Source: a virus
Virus record (IMG/VR): IMGVR_UViG_3300045988_078497
Span: 1 to 59,644 of that record
DNA: 59,644 nt
Direction: 5' to 3' (one strand)
In this document: positions 26,099 through 35,103 of the stretch, in pieces
How the letters are laid out: the number at the start of each line of letters is the position of its first letter
How positions within the stretch are numbered: position 1 is the stretch's first letter
The notes under the pieces: generated by a model
What the model was told of the DNA's origin: nothing
Seen by the model: only the letters and a program-made list of their open reading frames with translations
Databases searched by the model: none
Translations under genes and position numbers: made by a program

Positions 26099-26925
26099 CT
26101 ATATATTTTTCCGATGTGCTATGTCAAAATTAGCTTTCATTGTCTGCATTTTCAAAACAAATGCTTCTCTTTGCTTTTTAAGTTCCTCTTCTGACATTTC
26201 ACCATCATCATCTTTTTTGCTAAGCAAAGGATGTTCCAAGTATTCAGTTTTTGCTTCTCGACCATTAACGCAATGATCTATGGCAAATGAAAAAGCGGAT
26301 ATTCCGTAAGTGCCAAACCATAACCACATATCGCTATCTTGTCGTTCTCTTTGAAGATTAAATCCGTCAAAACATCTTTTCAGCATGATAGGTGTCATAT
26401 GTTTAAACTGTTCAACACTAATTCCAATCGAAAATGCTCTAGGAAATATGTCATCCCATATTATTTCGTGGAATCCTTTTTCTTGTGATCCTGCGGAACT
26501 TTTTTCGGTTTCTCCTGTGTCTCCGGATACATCTCCGCAATCATGTCGTTCAGCCCGGACAGGTCGAAAAAACCATCTTCTTTCATCCACTCCTGGATAT
26601 CTTTGAATAATTTTGCGTAAGAAATTTTGTTCTCGCGCATATATGCGCGCATGATTTCAACAGTCTCTTTCTCTGTTTTCGGATTATGCTCAAGCAGACC
26701 TGCGAAAAATGCAATTCTACATGTTTCCGGCATGTCAGCGATCTGTTTCGCAGCACCATCAAGCATATTTTTCACGGTTACTTCTTCATCAAGGTCTTTC
26801 ATATCTTCTGCAACATAAGACATGGTCATAATCTTGAACATTCTGTTCACAAGATTTTTGCACTCTGCTGCCGCAAAAGTAAACTCTAATTTATATTCGT
26901 TACCATTAACTGTAATTGTTTTCAT
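26099..26925 (-). CDS. Tail assembly chaperone G-T fusion product via programmed -1 frameshift
   Basis: ORF 26099..26590 is open in the -1 frame across the 3' end of ORF 26461..26925; slippery T_TTT_TTC in the overlap. Confidence 0.65.
26461..26925 (-). CDS. Tail assembly chaperone (gpG-like)
   Basis: Between major tail and TMP; MKTITVNGNEYKLEFTFAAAECKN; start at ATG 26925 after GGAAAGGAAA. Confidence 0.7.
   Translation of the reverse strand: MKTITVNGNEYKLEFTFAAAECKNLVNRMFKIMTMSYVAEDMKDLDEEVTVKNMLDGAAKQIADMPETCRIAFFAGLLEHNPKTEKETVEIMRAYMRENKISYAKLFKDIQEWMKEDGFFDLSGLNDMIAEMYPETQEKPKKVPQDHKKKDSTK
26566..26572 (-). promoter_or_regulatory. Candidate -1 ribosomal frameshift heptamer T TTT TTC
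   Basis: G frame reads GGT TTT TTC GAC; both tRNAs can re-pair after -1 slip; a second weaker site CCG AAA AAA G lies at about 26499-26508. Confidence 0.55.
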
Positions 26926-27067
26926 ATTTATTTCCTTTCCCACCTATTTTTTATAGGGAAAGGGGCAGTCCGAAAACCGCCCCTTAACTTTTATCACATA
27001 GTCAAATCGTAATCGGCTGTAGGTTCGGCATAGCCATTCAAATCAGCCGTTTCCATTGAATGGCTAG

Positions 27068-27544
27068 TTATTCCCCCGGTGTCGGTTCTACAACTGTATC
27101 GCTTCCAATCATTTCCTCAACAATAAGATTTATTGTCATAGTCAGCAAACTGTTCTGTTCTTTTGATGAAATCGGAAGTTTTGACGGTGGCTGTGCTACG
27201 ACATATTCAGCCTTTTCGAATCCCGGTGTAATGGTCTGGAACCACATTCTTTTACCACCGGTTAATGCCTGATAGTCAGAAATTACCTTTTCCCACTGTG
27301 CAATTGTTTCATTTGTTTTATTTACTTCTACTGCCATTGTGTCAGAAACAGTGTCACGTCCAGCAATGTTTCTGGTCTGCTTATCCTCTAAAGCAGACGC
27401 ATCAATAGATTCCGGTTCTACCGTAACTTCTCCAATGTTATTGATACGCGTCAATAAAGTAAAAGCAGTCGGTTTTGTTCCGGCTGTTGTTTCAACACCA
27501 TATGCAAATCTAATGCCAAGTGCGCTTACTCCTGCTGTTGCCAT
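27068..27544 (-). CDS. Major tail protein
   Basis: MATAGVSALGIRFAYGVETTAGTKPTAFTLLTRINNIGEVTVEPESIDASALED typical of siphophage major tail proteins; position. Confidence 0.8.
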   Translation of the reverse strand: MATAGVSALGIRFAYGVETTAGTKPTAFTLLTRINNIGEVTVEPESIDASALEDKQTRNIAGRDTVSDTMAVEVNKTNETIAQWEKVISDYQALTGGKRMWFQTITPGFEKAEYVVAQPPSKLPISSKEQNSLLTMTINLIVEEMIGSDTVVEPTPGE

Positions 27545-27590
27545 GCTTGCTTACCTCCTAAAGTGTAAAAAAATAAGAGCCATAGGCTCT

Positions 27591-28007
27591 CTAAATCAAT
27601 CTGTCATTAGCACCGATTATTCTTTGGAATCGTGCTGTTTTTCTGTAGGTTTCACCGTTATATTCAAAGTCTGGCATTGACTGAACTGTGAAAGCCATCT
27701 GTTTAAAGATACTCGCCACAGTACACATTACCCGGTTCACATCCGCTCTGCTTGTGTTTGTTGTAACATCGACCTGCACGGTCTCAAGTACCGCATTGAT
27801 ACTTTTACCCTCAAGGTCTGCGCCACGCTCAGAGCCGGACAATTCTTGAATATATACGGTCGGAAAAACTGCTTTTCCATTGGTTTTTCCTTTGTCAGTG
27901 ACAAATATGTCTGGATATTTACTTTTTAATTCTGTCAACGTTTTTGATTTTACGATAGAAAATATCGTTGTGCCTAAATCAAACGCCCATTGATTGTCTG
28001 TAACCAT
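27591..28007 (-). CDS. Tail terminator/tail completion-like protein
   Basis: Synteny immediately upstream of major tail gene; 138 aa. Confidence 0.5.
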   Translation of the reverse strand: MVTDNQWAFDLGTTIFSIVKSKTLTELKSKYPDIFVTDKGKTNGKAVFPTVYIQELSGSERGADLEGKSINAVLETVQVDVTTNTSRADVNRVMCTVASIFKQMAFTVQSMPDFEYNGETYRKTARFQRIIGANDRLI

Positions 28008-28534
28008 TATCCGAACACCTCTTTTGCTACTTCAACAACAATTCTTTGTAATTCAAGTGATGTATTGTACATAAAAGGTCTGCTAGGCATACCCTCTGTA
28101 AAATACCACTTCCCATCATCTCCAGGATAAAACCAACCATATCGCCCATCTGCAAGCTGTCTGATTGTTTTACCACTTGCATACTGCCAAGATACTCCGT
28201 CCGGTAACTTCCCCGGATATGGAGATGTGGCACCAATAATTCCAGTTCCGAACTCAACAAACAATGCATGGTCTGTACCCGCAACAACCGCCCAGACAGA
28301 ACCACCATCAATCTGTCCTTTGTATTCAGAATGAATACTATTGAACAATTCTGTTGTGAACACTGCGTCAAGGTCATACACCTGTGCTCTTGCAATTTCT
28401 ACGCCACGTTCAGCCAGTTTATGTGCCAGTAGGTTACATTTATACTCTAAGCTGTTTTGATAGTCTCTAAGCTGTTTTATTGCGTTCTGTATGGATTTTT
28501 CCGATAATGTCATTGAAATCACTTTTTTTGCCAT
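28007..28534 (-). CDS. HK97 gp10-family head-tail joining protein
   Basis: Synteny and N-terminal pattern MAKKVISMTLSEKSIQNAIKQLRDYQNSLEYKCNLLAHKLAERGVEIARAQV. Confidence 0.6.
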   Translation of the reverse strand: MAKKVISMTLSEKSIQNAIKQLRDYQNSLEYKCNLLAHKLAERGVEIARAQVYDLDAVFTTELFNSIHSEYKGQIDGGSVWAVVAGTDHALFVEFGTGIIGATSPYPGKLPDGVSWQYASGKTIRQLADGRYGWFYPGDDGKWYFTEGMPSRPFMYNTSLELQRIVVEVAKEVFG

Positions 28535-28541
28535 AAGAAAC

Positions 28542-29003
28542 CTACTTTACATTTTTTTGTAAAAGGAACAAATCTACGGTTAATCCCTCGTCTGCAACTC
28601 CCTTTACAATGTAGTCTGCCGTGTTTACATCCACTAATCCGTCTGCATCTCTGCCGACATTTGATTTTTTCCAGATGTAGTCCCCGGACTTAATTGGCAA
28701 ATATCCTTTGTTTGTAACAATCTGGCAGTATGATGAACTATCATCAATACCGAACTCTTTTACAAGCACCTCACTCAATTTGTTACTGATATTTGCAGAA
28801 AAAGTAACTGGCTCAGAAAAGCCAGTTTTTTCTTCGATGTTCTGAGGAATCTTATTTCCATTATCATCAAGATAATAGATTTTGTTTCCATCAGAATCCG
28901 TATAGGATGTGTATATGATGTTTCCATCATCGTCACGGTCGTATACAGTGAAGCGCTGTCCTTGCAACGAATACTGCATACGCTGTTTATTAATATCAAG
29001 CAT
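28542..29003 (-). CDS. Head closure/head-tail adaptor-like protein
   Basis: Synteny only. Confidence 0.4.
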   Translation of the reverse strand: MLDINKQRMQYSLQGQRFTVYDRDDDGNIIYTSYTDSDGNKIYYLDDNGNKIPQNIEEKTGFSEPVTFSANISNKLSEVLVKEFGIDDSSSYCQIVTNKGYLPIKSGDYIWKKSNVGRDADGLVDVNTADYIVKGVADEGLTVDLFLLQKNVK

Positions 29004-29277
29004 TTGTATCAGAACCCTTTTTAGCCTGTTTGTAAATCTGATTTACACCTGTGCTTGCTAGACCGGACATAATACCTACTGCGATCGCATTAAGTACGTC
29101 ATGTGCCGGATAATCTGGAATGATATACATGCCAACTACACCGAGAATACCGCCAGCAACGCCAACGATAACTGGGATGTAATTATCCTTTACTTTCGGG
29201 AACAATTTTGCTCCAACACCAATTAAATAAGTAATAACAACAATCGCAACGACTGTTGAAACCTGTGAAATGTCCAT
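28996..29277 (-). CDS. Holin (phi LC3/Hol44-like, 93 aa, 2-3 TM)
   Basis: VVAIVVITYLIGVGAKLFPKVKDNYIPVIVGVAGGILGVVGM...GIMSGLASTGVNQIYKQAKK resembles the LC3-family holin pattern. Confidence 0.65.
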   Translation of the reverse strand: MDISQVSTVVAIVVITYLIGVGAKLFPKVKDNYIPVIVGVAGGILGVVGMYIIPDYPAHDVLNAIAVGIMSGLASTGVNQIYKQAKKGSDTNA

Positions 29278-29278
29278 T

Positions 29279-29647
29279 TTATTTTCCCGCTTTCTTTAAA
29301 TGTAACTCTTCGATTTCCTGTTTCATTTTTGTCACCATTCCATTTCCACCGAGTGAATGATATACATCGTACATATCATTGAAATTATCATACGCATATG
29401 ACGGTATTTCGCCTAACTCCATATACTTGTCATGATATTCAATGAGTTGTACTCTAAGCAAAAGCATTGTTCCCCTGCTATTCTTTTCACGCAATTCTTT
29501 TTCGGCTTCAATTCTGGCATCACGTTCTTCTTTGTCGATTTTTTTCTGGTTTTTCTGTTCTTTCAACAGCCAGACAATATACCCAAGAAGAGCCGTTAAA
29601 ATAACAGGTAGAGCTATCATATATGTTTGATAAAAAAACTCTCTCAT
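29279..29647 (-). CDS. Membrane-anchored coiled-coil protein (122 aa)
   Basis: N-terminal TM MIALPVILTALLGYIVWLL then charged helix; directly upstream of holin. Confidence 0.5.
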   Translation of the reverse strand: MREFFYQTYMIALPVILTALLGYIVWLLKEQKNQKKIDKEERDARIEAEKELREKNSRGTMLLLRVQLIEYHDKYMELGEIPSYAYDNFNDMYDVYHSLGGNGMVTKMKQEIEELHLKKAGK

Positions 29648-29729
29648 GTTATCTCCTGTAAAAACTTTGCATACCGCCCACCGCCACTAATGCTGTATGC
29701 CCCTGCTACCGTTGGTAACGCTCAATCTT

Positions 29730-30083
29730 CTATATTGCTTTTACATACGGGAAAATTCCCGCAAATAAATCGTCGCGACTTATCCAGTTTCTGCTTACTC
29801 CGTTCTCTGTATATGACTGCATATAAGCTTCGCCCGCCTGTGAACAATCGTAAACAACAATGTTGATAATGTTGTTTTCGTATTTCTTCAAATCTGCATA
29901 TATCTGTTCTTCCGTGTAGCTTGCCGGATAATTACGGCGTTGTGTAATCTCTGTGTTTACCTGCTCAATAAGCTGCTCAATCAGAGGATTCTTTTCCGGC
30001 TGGTCAAATTCAACCTCGTCAGATTCATTCATATGGTATTGACCAAGCCGTATTTTGATTTTCTGCAAAGTTGAATATGCCAT
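29730..30083 (-). CDS. Head-tail connector (gp6-like) protein
   Basis: Synteny after capsid; 117 aa. Confidence 0.5.
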   Translation of the reverse strand: MAYSTLQKIKIRLGQYHMNESDEVEFDQPEKNPLIEQLIEQVNTEITQRRNYPASYTEEQIYADLKKYENNIINIVVYDCSQAGEAYMQSYTENGVSRNWISRDDLFAGIFPYVKAI

Positions 30084-30094
30084 GCTGCAACCTC

Positions 30095-30325
30095 CTACAG
30101 ACCAAACAGATTAATCAGATACTCTTTCATTTCTGCCCCGGTCATAATGTCCGCATTTTCAACGCCAGTGCTCATAACAATCTGACGCAAATCAGAAACG
30201 CTCATTCGGTTGATGTCTGTCTTGGTATATCTGGAATCAGAAGATGCCGGAGTATTAATCTCCGGCACTTCGTCACCTGCTTTATACCATTTCCCATTAT
30301 GAATCACTATATATGGATATTTCAT
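30095..30325 (-). CDS. Hypothetical protein (76 aa)
   Basis: ORF track. Confidence 0.45.
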   Translation of the reverse strand: MKYPYIVIHNGKWYKAGDEVPEINTPASSDSRYTKTDINRMSVSDLRQIVMSTGVENADIMTGAEMKEYLINLFGL

Positions 30326-30336
30326 AGTTGCACCCC

Positions 30337-31410
30337 CTACTCTTCGCTATGAACCTCATATACGAATGTGCTATCCATATTTTCATACGATGGAAGTACA
30401 ACCTCGGATGCAAATGTTGACATCTTCATAGGTGGTCCATACTCTGTCTTTGTAGCAACTGTAATACCTGTGCCGTATACTGTTACATCTACGTCGACTA
30501 CCTGTCTTGCAGTTCTTTCTTCTGGTGTAGTGCCAAACCAAGTATTACCAAGATTGCCATCTGGAAGAAGTGTAACCTTGTCATCTGGGTAAAAGTACTG
30601 TTCCTTGCCATCATCATCAATGTACATCTTGTCGTACAACACGATAGTGAGCTTTGTTCTCTTCTGCACTACCGAAACAACAGTATCATCATCAACCTCA
30701 ATGGTTGCTGTAAGGTTCTGTGCAAGGATTGAGTTTCTTACCTGTGCATTGTCAAGCAGATACTGAAATGTGTTGCTGTTCATCAGCACGTATCTAGCAA
30801 TCTTGCCCTGCTTCTGTAACTTCTTTCTTGCATTGTTAAGGTCTGTAAGTGGCTTTGAATTGGTTGTATCGCTCCACATACTTGTTCCAGAGAGTTTTGC
30901 GTAATGGTCTTTTGCGTATGAACCATCCTTGTCGTAATCATAAGCGTACTGAACGCCATCGCTTACAATGGCAATTACTGGATGGCCTGCACTTGTTGCA
31001 AGAAGTGACATTCTCATACGCTCTGGCACAACTTCTGCACCGCTTACAAGATTATTTGTATCGTCATACACACTTGATAAAGCGCTTGCAAGGTATGGAT
31101 CATCAGCAGACTGAATACGCTCAATTTCAAGCATTTCCTCTTCGCCTACTGTCATTCCTTCACGGAAAAATGCCATCTGTGTTTTTTCTTTGCTTAATCC
31201 CTCTCTAGCTCTAAGAGTTGGAATTGTGTCAAAGTTGGATGGCGCAAGTGATACCGGAAGTCCTTTATGTGTCTTAATCCAGCTTAAATCAAGTCCTTGT
31301 TTCTTTCTTTCCGGAAACCACTGTAAACCAAGATAAGGTATCTGGTTACTGGCGTTTTCTGTTGCCGATAATGCAATGGACTTACTGTCTAATACTTCAT
31401 TGATTAACAT
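30337..31410 (-). CDS. Major capsid protein (lambda gpE-like family)
   Basis: N-terminus ...IPYLGLQWFPERKKQGLDLSWIKTHKGLPVSLAPSNFDT typical of capsid protein E family; follows decoration and scaffold genes. Confidence 0.8.
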   Translation of the reverse strand: MLINEVLDSKSIALSATENASNQIPYLGLQWFPERKKQGLDLSWIKTHKGLPVSLAPSNFDTIPTLRAREGLSKEKTQMAFFREGMTVGEEEMLEIERIQSADDPYLASALSSVYDDTNNLVSGAEVVPERMRMSLLATSAGHPVIAIVSDGVQYAYDYDKDGSYAKDHYAKLSGTSMWSDTTNSKPLTDLNNARKKLQKQGKIARYVLMNSNTFQYLLDNAQVRNSILAQNLTATIEVDDDTVVSVVQKRTKLTIVLYDKMYIDDDGKEQYFYPDDKVTLLPDGNLGNTWFGTTPEERTARQVVDVDVTVYGTGITVATKTEYGPPMKMSTFASEVVLPSYENMDSTFVYEVHSEE

Positions 31411-31431
31411 CTGTTTACCTCCTGTTATTTA

Positions 31432-31785
31432 TTATTCAAATGCAATCATTGGAAGAGCCGTCTTAACTGCTGCGTCATATGTAACGCCAGAATGTGCTTC
31501 TGCTACCTTTGTGTTAAGGTATGCTTTCTTAAGCAGTACCCCCTGTGGTCTGTCCTCTGTTACATCAAATCTTAAAATGCCTACTACTGTGGCTGTGTTG
31601 TTAGACTTGCCGTCTGCCCCGATTGGAGTACCTGCTTTGACAATTTTCTTGCCCTGTGCGTTTTTAGTTGTTACGCCATCAAAATCAAGTGTTAATGGGA
31701 TTGCTTCGTTAGGCTCTCTCTTTAAAATTTGAACATCTCCTGCGTATGAAGTTTTTTCATACTGCATATTCATTTCCTTTGCCAT
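31432..31785 (-). CDS. Head decoration protein (DUF2190-like)
   Basis: 117 aa between scaffold and capsid; GTPIGADGKSNNTATVVGILRFDV pattern. Confidence 0.6.
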   Translation of the reverse strand: MAKEMNMQYEKTSYAGDVQILKREPNEAIPLTLDFDGVTTKNAQGKKIVKAGTPIGADGKSNNTATVVGILRFDVTEDRPQGVLLKKAYLNTKVAEAHSGVTYDAAVKTALPMIAFE

Positions 31786-31798
31786 TTTTTACCTCCTA

Positions 31799-32371
31799 TT
31801 ATTGCTGAATGTAATGTGATAAAATATTATTGTTCTTAGGCGCATTAGATATAAGACTTTCCGCTATCTTTTCAGCATTTGTCTTATCGTCTTCATCGCC
31901 TTTATTACTGCCGCCGCCCGGATTTGTACCACCGTCAGCAATTTCTTTTTCTTTCGCCTGTGCGGAAGCTGTTTCTTTATCAGTGATAATTTTTCCAAGA
32001 GCTTCGTAATCCAGAGTGCCATCGTCTTTGACAACTGTTTTTGCCTGTTCTGCATCAATCTTGAAATTGGACATAGCCTGTTCACGCTGATCTCGGATAG
32101 CATTTGATTTCTGCATGTCAGCAATGGTTTTGTTTGCTTCCTCTAATGCTTTGTTAGCCTTTTCAATCTCGGTGAGATTTCCTGCTTCCAGTTCATCAAT
32201 TTTAGTCTGCAACTCGTCAGCCTTATCAGCTTTCGCTTTGAGTTCTGCCACTTTATCCTTTTCCTTTTTGGTTTCGCCACTCACTTGGTTCAGATAATTT
32301 GTAATCTGCTCGTCTGTAGGCTCTGTAACTCCGATGGAAATAAGATTCTGTTTAGCCTGTTCTCTTGTCAT
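31799..32371 (-). CDS. Scaffolding protein
   Basis: Highly charged coiled-coil, ...KDKVAELKAKADKADELQTKIDELE..., upstream of capsid. Confidence 0.75.
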   Translation of the reverse strand: MTREQAKQNLISIGVTEPTDEQITNYLNQVSGETKKEKDKVAELKAKADKADELQTKIDELEAGNLTEIEKANKALEEANKTIADMQKSNAIRDQREQAMSNFKIDAEQAKTVVKDDGTLDYEALGKIITDKETASAQAKEKEIADGGTNPGGGSNKGDEDDKTNAEKIAESLISNAPKNNNILSHYIQQ

Positions 32372-32464
32372 AATTACCTCCGTTACTCACGCTTTTGTTA
32401 TCGCAGGTCGCTCCTGCTGAGTTCTCCCATTTATCGCATGGGTGCATTTTTTGTAATTTTTTGT

Positions 32465-32497
32465 ATTAAAAAAGCAACCACTATGAAGTAGTTGCTT
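32465..32497 (-). terminator. Rho-independent terminator at end of the 758-aa gene
   Basis: aagcaac/gttgctt 7-bp stem, followed on the minus strand by TTTTTTAA. Confidence 0.6.
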
Positions 32498-34757
32498 CCT
32501 TAATTAATGTATTGATTTTATTTGTCACCCACGTTTTTGTATCACACGCATATTCAACATTCATCTGAGCATTTGCATCATTGCTTATGATGGAAGTTGG
32601 TTTGAATGTTGTGAGTGATTTGTATGCCTGTATTTGTGCTTCTGTTAGGTCTGTTTCAATTGGAGCATCTAAGTATGTCATTACTACTAATGGATGCTGT
32701 GCAAGATGGGCTTCCCAATTTGACAAATTATTTTCAAAATAATTCGCATCAAAAATAATAATCGCATTATTACCATTTCCAATTCGAAATTTATCGTCTG
32801 CATATTGATTAGAAAAACCTTTACGCGAACTCATGTCACTTGGTAGTTTAAGACAATAAAAGTATTCATAACTAGAACATATCTCCCACTTCTCATCCTC
32901 ACTCCCATCAAACTCTGTCTGCCAAACCCTTTGCACATATTTTCCTCTGCTAAAGTCAATCTCGTCACAGATATACTGCTGACCATTCTCATCGGTATAA
33001 TTACCACCTGTATTTACTGGGATGCCTAATAATCCACCCTGTATTTGTATTATTGCTTTTGATTCTTTATATGGTTCATAATCTGATTCTTTTACTTGAC
33101 CTTCAAAAATTCCAAATTTAGTGTATGTAGCTTCGCCTGTATACCAAGAGCCATAAACACCTATCGCATCTTTAGTAGTTACGACTATTCTTTTACCATT
33201 ATTAAATTCTCCGAATCCTCCTGTAGTTCCATCACTATAATGTACCGAAAGATTTACTGCTTGAATTTTAGACGAATTAACACCTTCTACAATTATGGTA
33301 TACCTTTTGGAACTATCTGCGAATTTATATATCAAATTATTGCCTATCTTTGATGCATCAATTTTCACATTGTCACCAACCAACATACCGCCTAATTCAA
33401 CAATCTTATCGGCAAACGCTTTCCCACCGAACAAATTCTTTCCGGTAATCTCAACACCAATACTTCCGCTTCCACCAACGCTCACTATCTCCTGTGGATA
33501 TTCTGGACTTGGTGAGGGTTTACCTCCTGTGTAGGGTTCAAATGGTAATGCTTCTGAACCTATGTTGAGCATTGGTTTGAACGTGACATTATTTAATACG
33601 CTACCGACATTTATTCTAATATACGGTTTAAAAATATGTTCACTGTCATAAGTGACGGTTCTTTTTTCTGAATAGTTGTAGCCAGCTGTTAGATTATCAT
33701 CAGAAAAATGTGATTGATTATTACTTACAGTTCCGTCACTTATGGTATATGTTCCTGCTGGAACAGTAAAATCACTGCCTAATCTGTACCATGCTACACT
33801 TGACGCAGTTCCGTTCACTGTACATGTGCCATCACCATTCTTTGTAAATGTAACACCATTCACCTGCGTAACATCTTTATCTGTAATAGGTAGCAAATTC
33901 TTCCCTGTTGTTGTTTTCTGTTCACTCTTTCCATACAGCCTTAATCCTTGCAGCTGCATTTCTGCGCTGTCTGTTACTGTAGTAGGGCTTCCAGATTGTA
34001 TTGTGGTACTTTCTGTTATTACTGGTGCTTTTCCTTCTATTTGCTCATTTAATTGCTTTACAGATGCATCTAATTCTGTATAGGTATCTGGAATAGACGC
34101 TAATACTTCTGTTCCTTTGTTTTGTACATTGCTTACCTGTGTTGTTCCTGCATTGTTTACATTTGAAACTTGATTGTTTCCAACAGTCTGAATCTGAGTT
34201 GTAACTTCTGCCAGTTTTGCAGACGCAGTGCTGTTCAATTCAGAAATCAACTGTGTATACAGGTCGGATGCACTCTGTTCTTCCGATGCAGACATATCCG
34301 AAGATAATCCAATCAAACATTTTCCAATCGCAATCGTTGTATTCCAAACGTTCTGCTTCACACCGCTAGAATCGGTTTTGATCGCACACACAACAAACTG
34401 AACGTCACCTTTATATGCAGTAACTTTTGCGGATAATTCCCATGAAAAAGTGATATATCCATCCGATGTGGTTTTAACATCCGTGACATGATATCGGTCT
34501 TTTCCCTCTTCCTTATTGCTTGCATTTTGGAATACCACATACAACTCAAGTGCAGATAAATCAATATTGTTTCCGACAATCTTAGGGCAGTGGAAATATT
34601 TTCGCTCTGCCTTTTGGTCAGTTTCAACACCGAGAATAATTTCAGAATCCGGAATGCTGATTTCTCGCGTTTCTGGGTTTATTTCCAGTACGTCATTTAC
34701 TGGTTGTGCCGCCATATGTGATTCTGCTTCGTTTAGTAATTCTTCTATACTTGGCAT
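32481..34757 (-). CDS. Large fibre-like/BppU-N-like beta-rich protein (758 aa) in the head module
   Basis: N-terminus resembles BppU_N-type domains; two GKNL(L/F)-initiated jelly-roll-like segments; no enzymatic motifs seen. Confidence 0.5.
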   Translation of the reverse strand: MPSIEELLNEAESHMAAQPVNDVLEINPETREISIPDSEIILGVETDQKAERKYFHCPKIVGNNIDLSALELYVVFQNASNKEEGKDRYHVTDVKTTSDGYITFSWELSAKVTAYKGDVQFVVCAIKTDSSGVKQNVWNTTIAIGKCLIGLSSDMSASEEQSASDLYTQLISELNSTASAKLAEVTTQIQTVGNNQVSNVNNAGTTQVSNVQNKGTEVLASIPDTYTELDASVKQLNEQIEGKAPVITESTTIQSGSPTTVTDSAEMQLQGLRLYGKSEQKTTTGKNLLPITDKDVTQVNGVTFTKNGDGTCTVNGTASSVAWYRLGSDFTVPAGTYTISDGTVSNNQSHFSDDNLTAGYNYSEKRTVTYDSEHIFKPYIRINVGSVLNNVTFKPMLNIGSEALPFEPYTGGKPSPSPEYPQEIVSVGGSGSIGVEITGKNLFGGKAFADKIVELGGMLVGDNVKIDASKIGNNLIYKFADSSKRYTIIVEGVNSSKIQAVNLSVHYSDGTTGGFGEFNNGKRIVVTTKDAIGVYGSWYTGEATYTKFGIFEGQVKESDYEPYKESKAIIQIQGGLLGIPVNTGGNYTDENGQQYICDEIDFSRGKYVQRVWQTEFDGSEDEKWEICSSYEYFYCLKLPSDMSSRKGFSNQYADDKFRIGNGNNAIIIFDANYFENNLSNWEAHLAQHPLVVMTYLDAPIETDLTEAQIQAYKSLTTFKPTSIISNDANAQMNVEYACDTKTWVTNKINTLIKEATTS

Positions 34758-34768
34758 GTGTATTTACC

Positions 34769-35077
34769 TCATGTCTGGTCAACGAATAGCTTATTTGTCG
34801 ATACGAGCTGACCGTTTCTCTTTCCGTAAATCTGTATGCTGAAGAACTTTCCATTGGTCACAGAACTTGGAATCGCAACCTTGCCATTCACAACCCTGTT
34901 CGTTTCAACTCCGTTCGAATCTCTCATGCAGACAACTTTTGCCATGCCCGCCCAACTCGCATCAAACGAAAAAACAAGATTCAGCCAGTTATCTGTTCCG
35001 CTTGCAATTCCTGTGAAATCGCATCCATTTTCTTTTTCTATCGTCTGACCAGAAACTTTAAATCTCAAATCTCTCAT
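34769..35077 (-). CDS. Small beta-rich protein (102 aa) paired with the 758-aa protein
   Basis: ORF track; MRDLRFKVSGQTIEKENGCDFTGIASGTDNWLNLVFSFD. Confidence 0.5.
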   Translation of the reverse strand: MRDLRFKVSGQTIEKENGCDFTGIASGTDNWLNLVFSFDASWAGMAKVVCMRDSNGVETNRVVNGKVAIPSSVTNGKFFSIQIYGKRNGQLVSTNKLFVDQT

Positions 35078-35103
35078 TTATAGCCACCTAAAAATAGCCA
35101 CCG

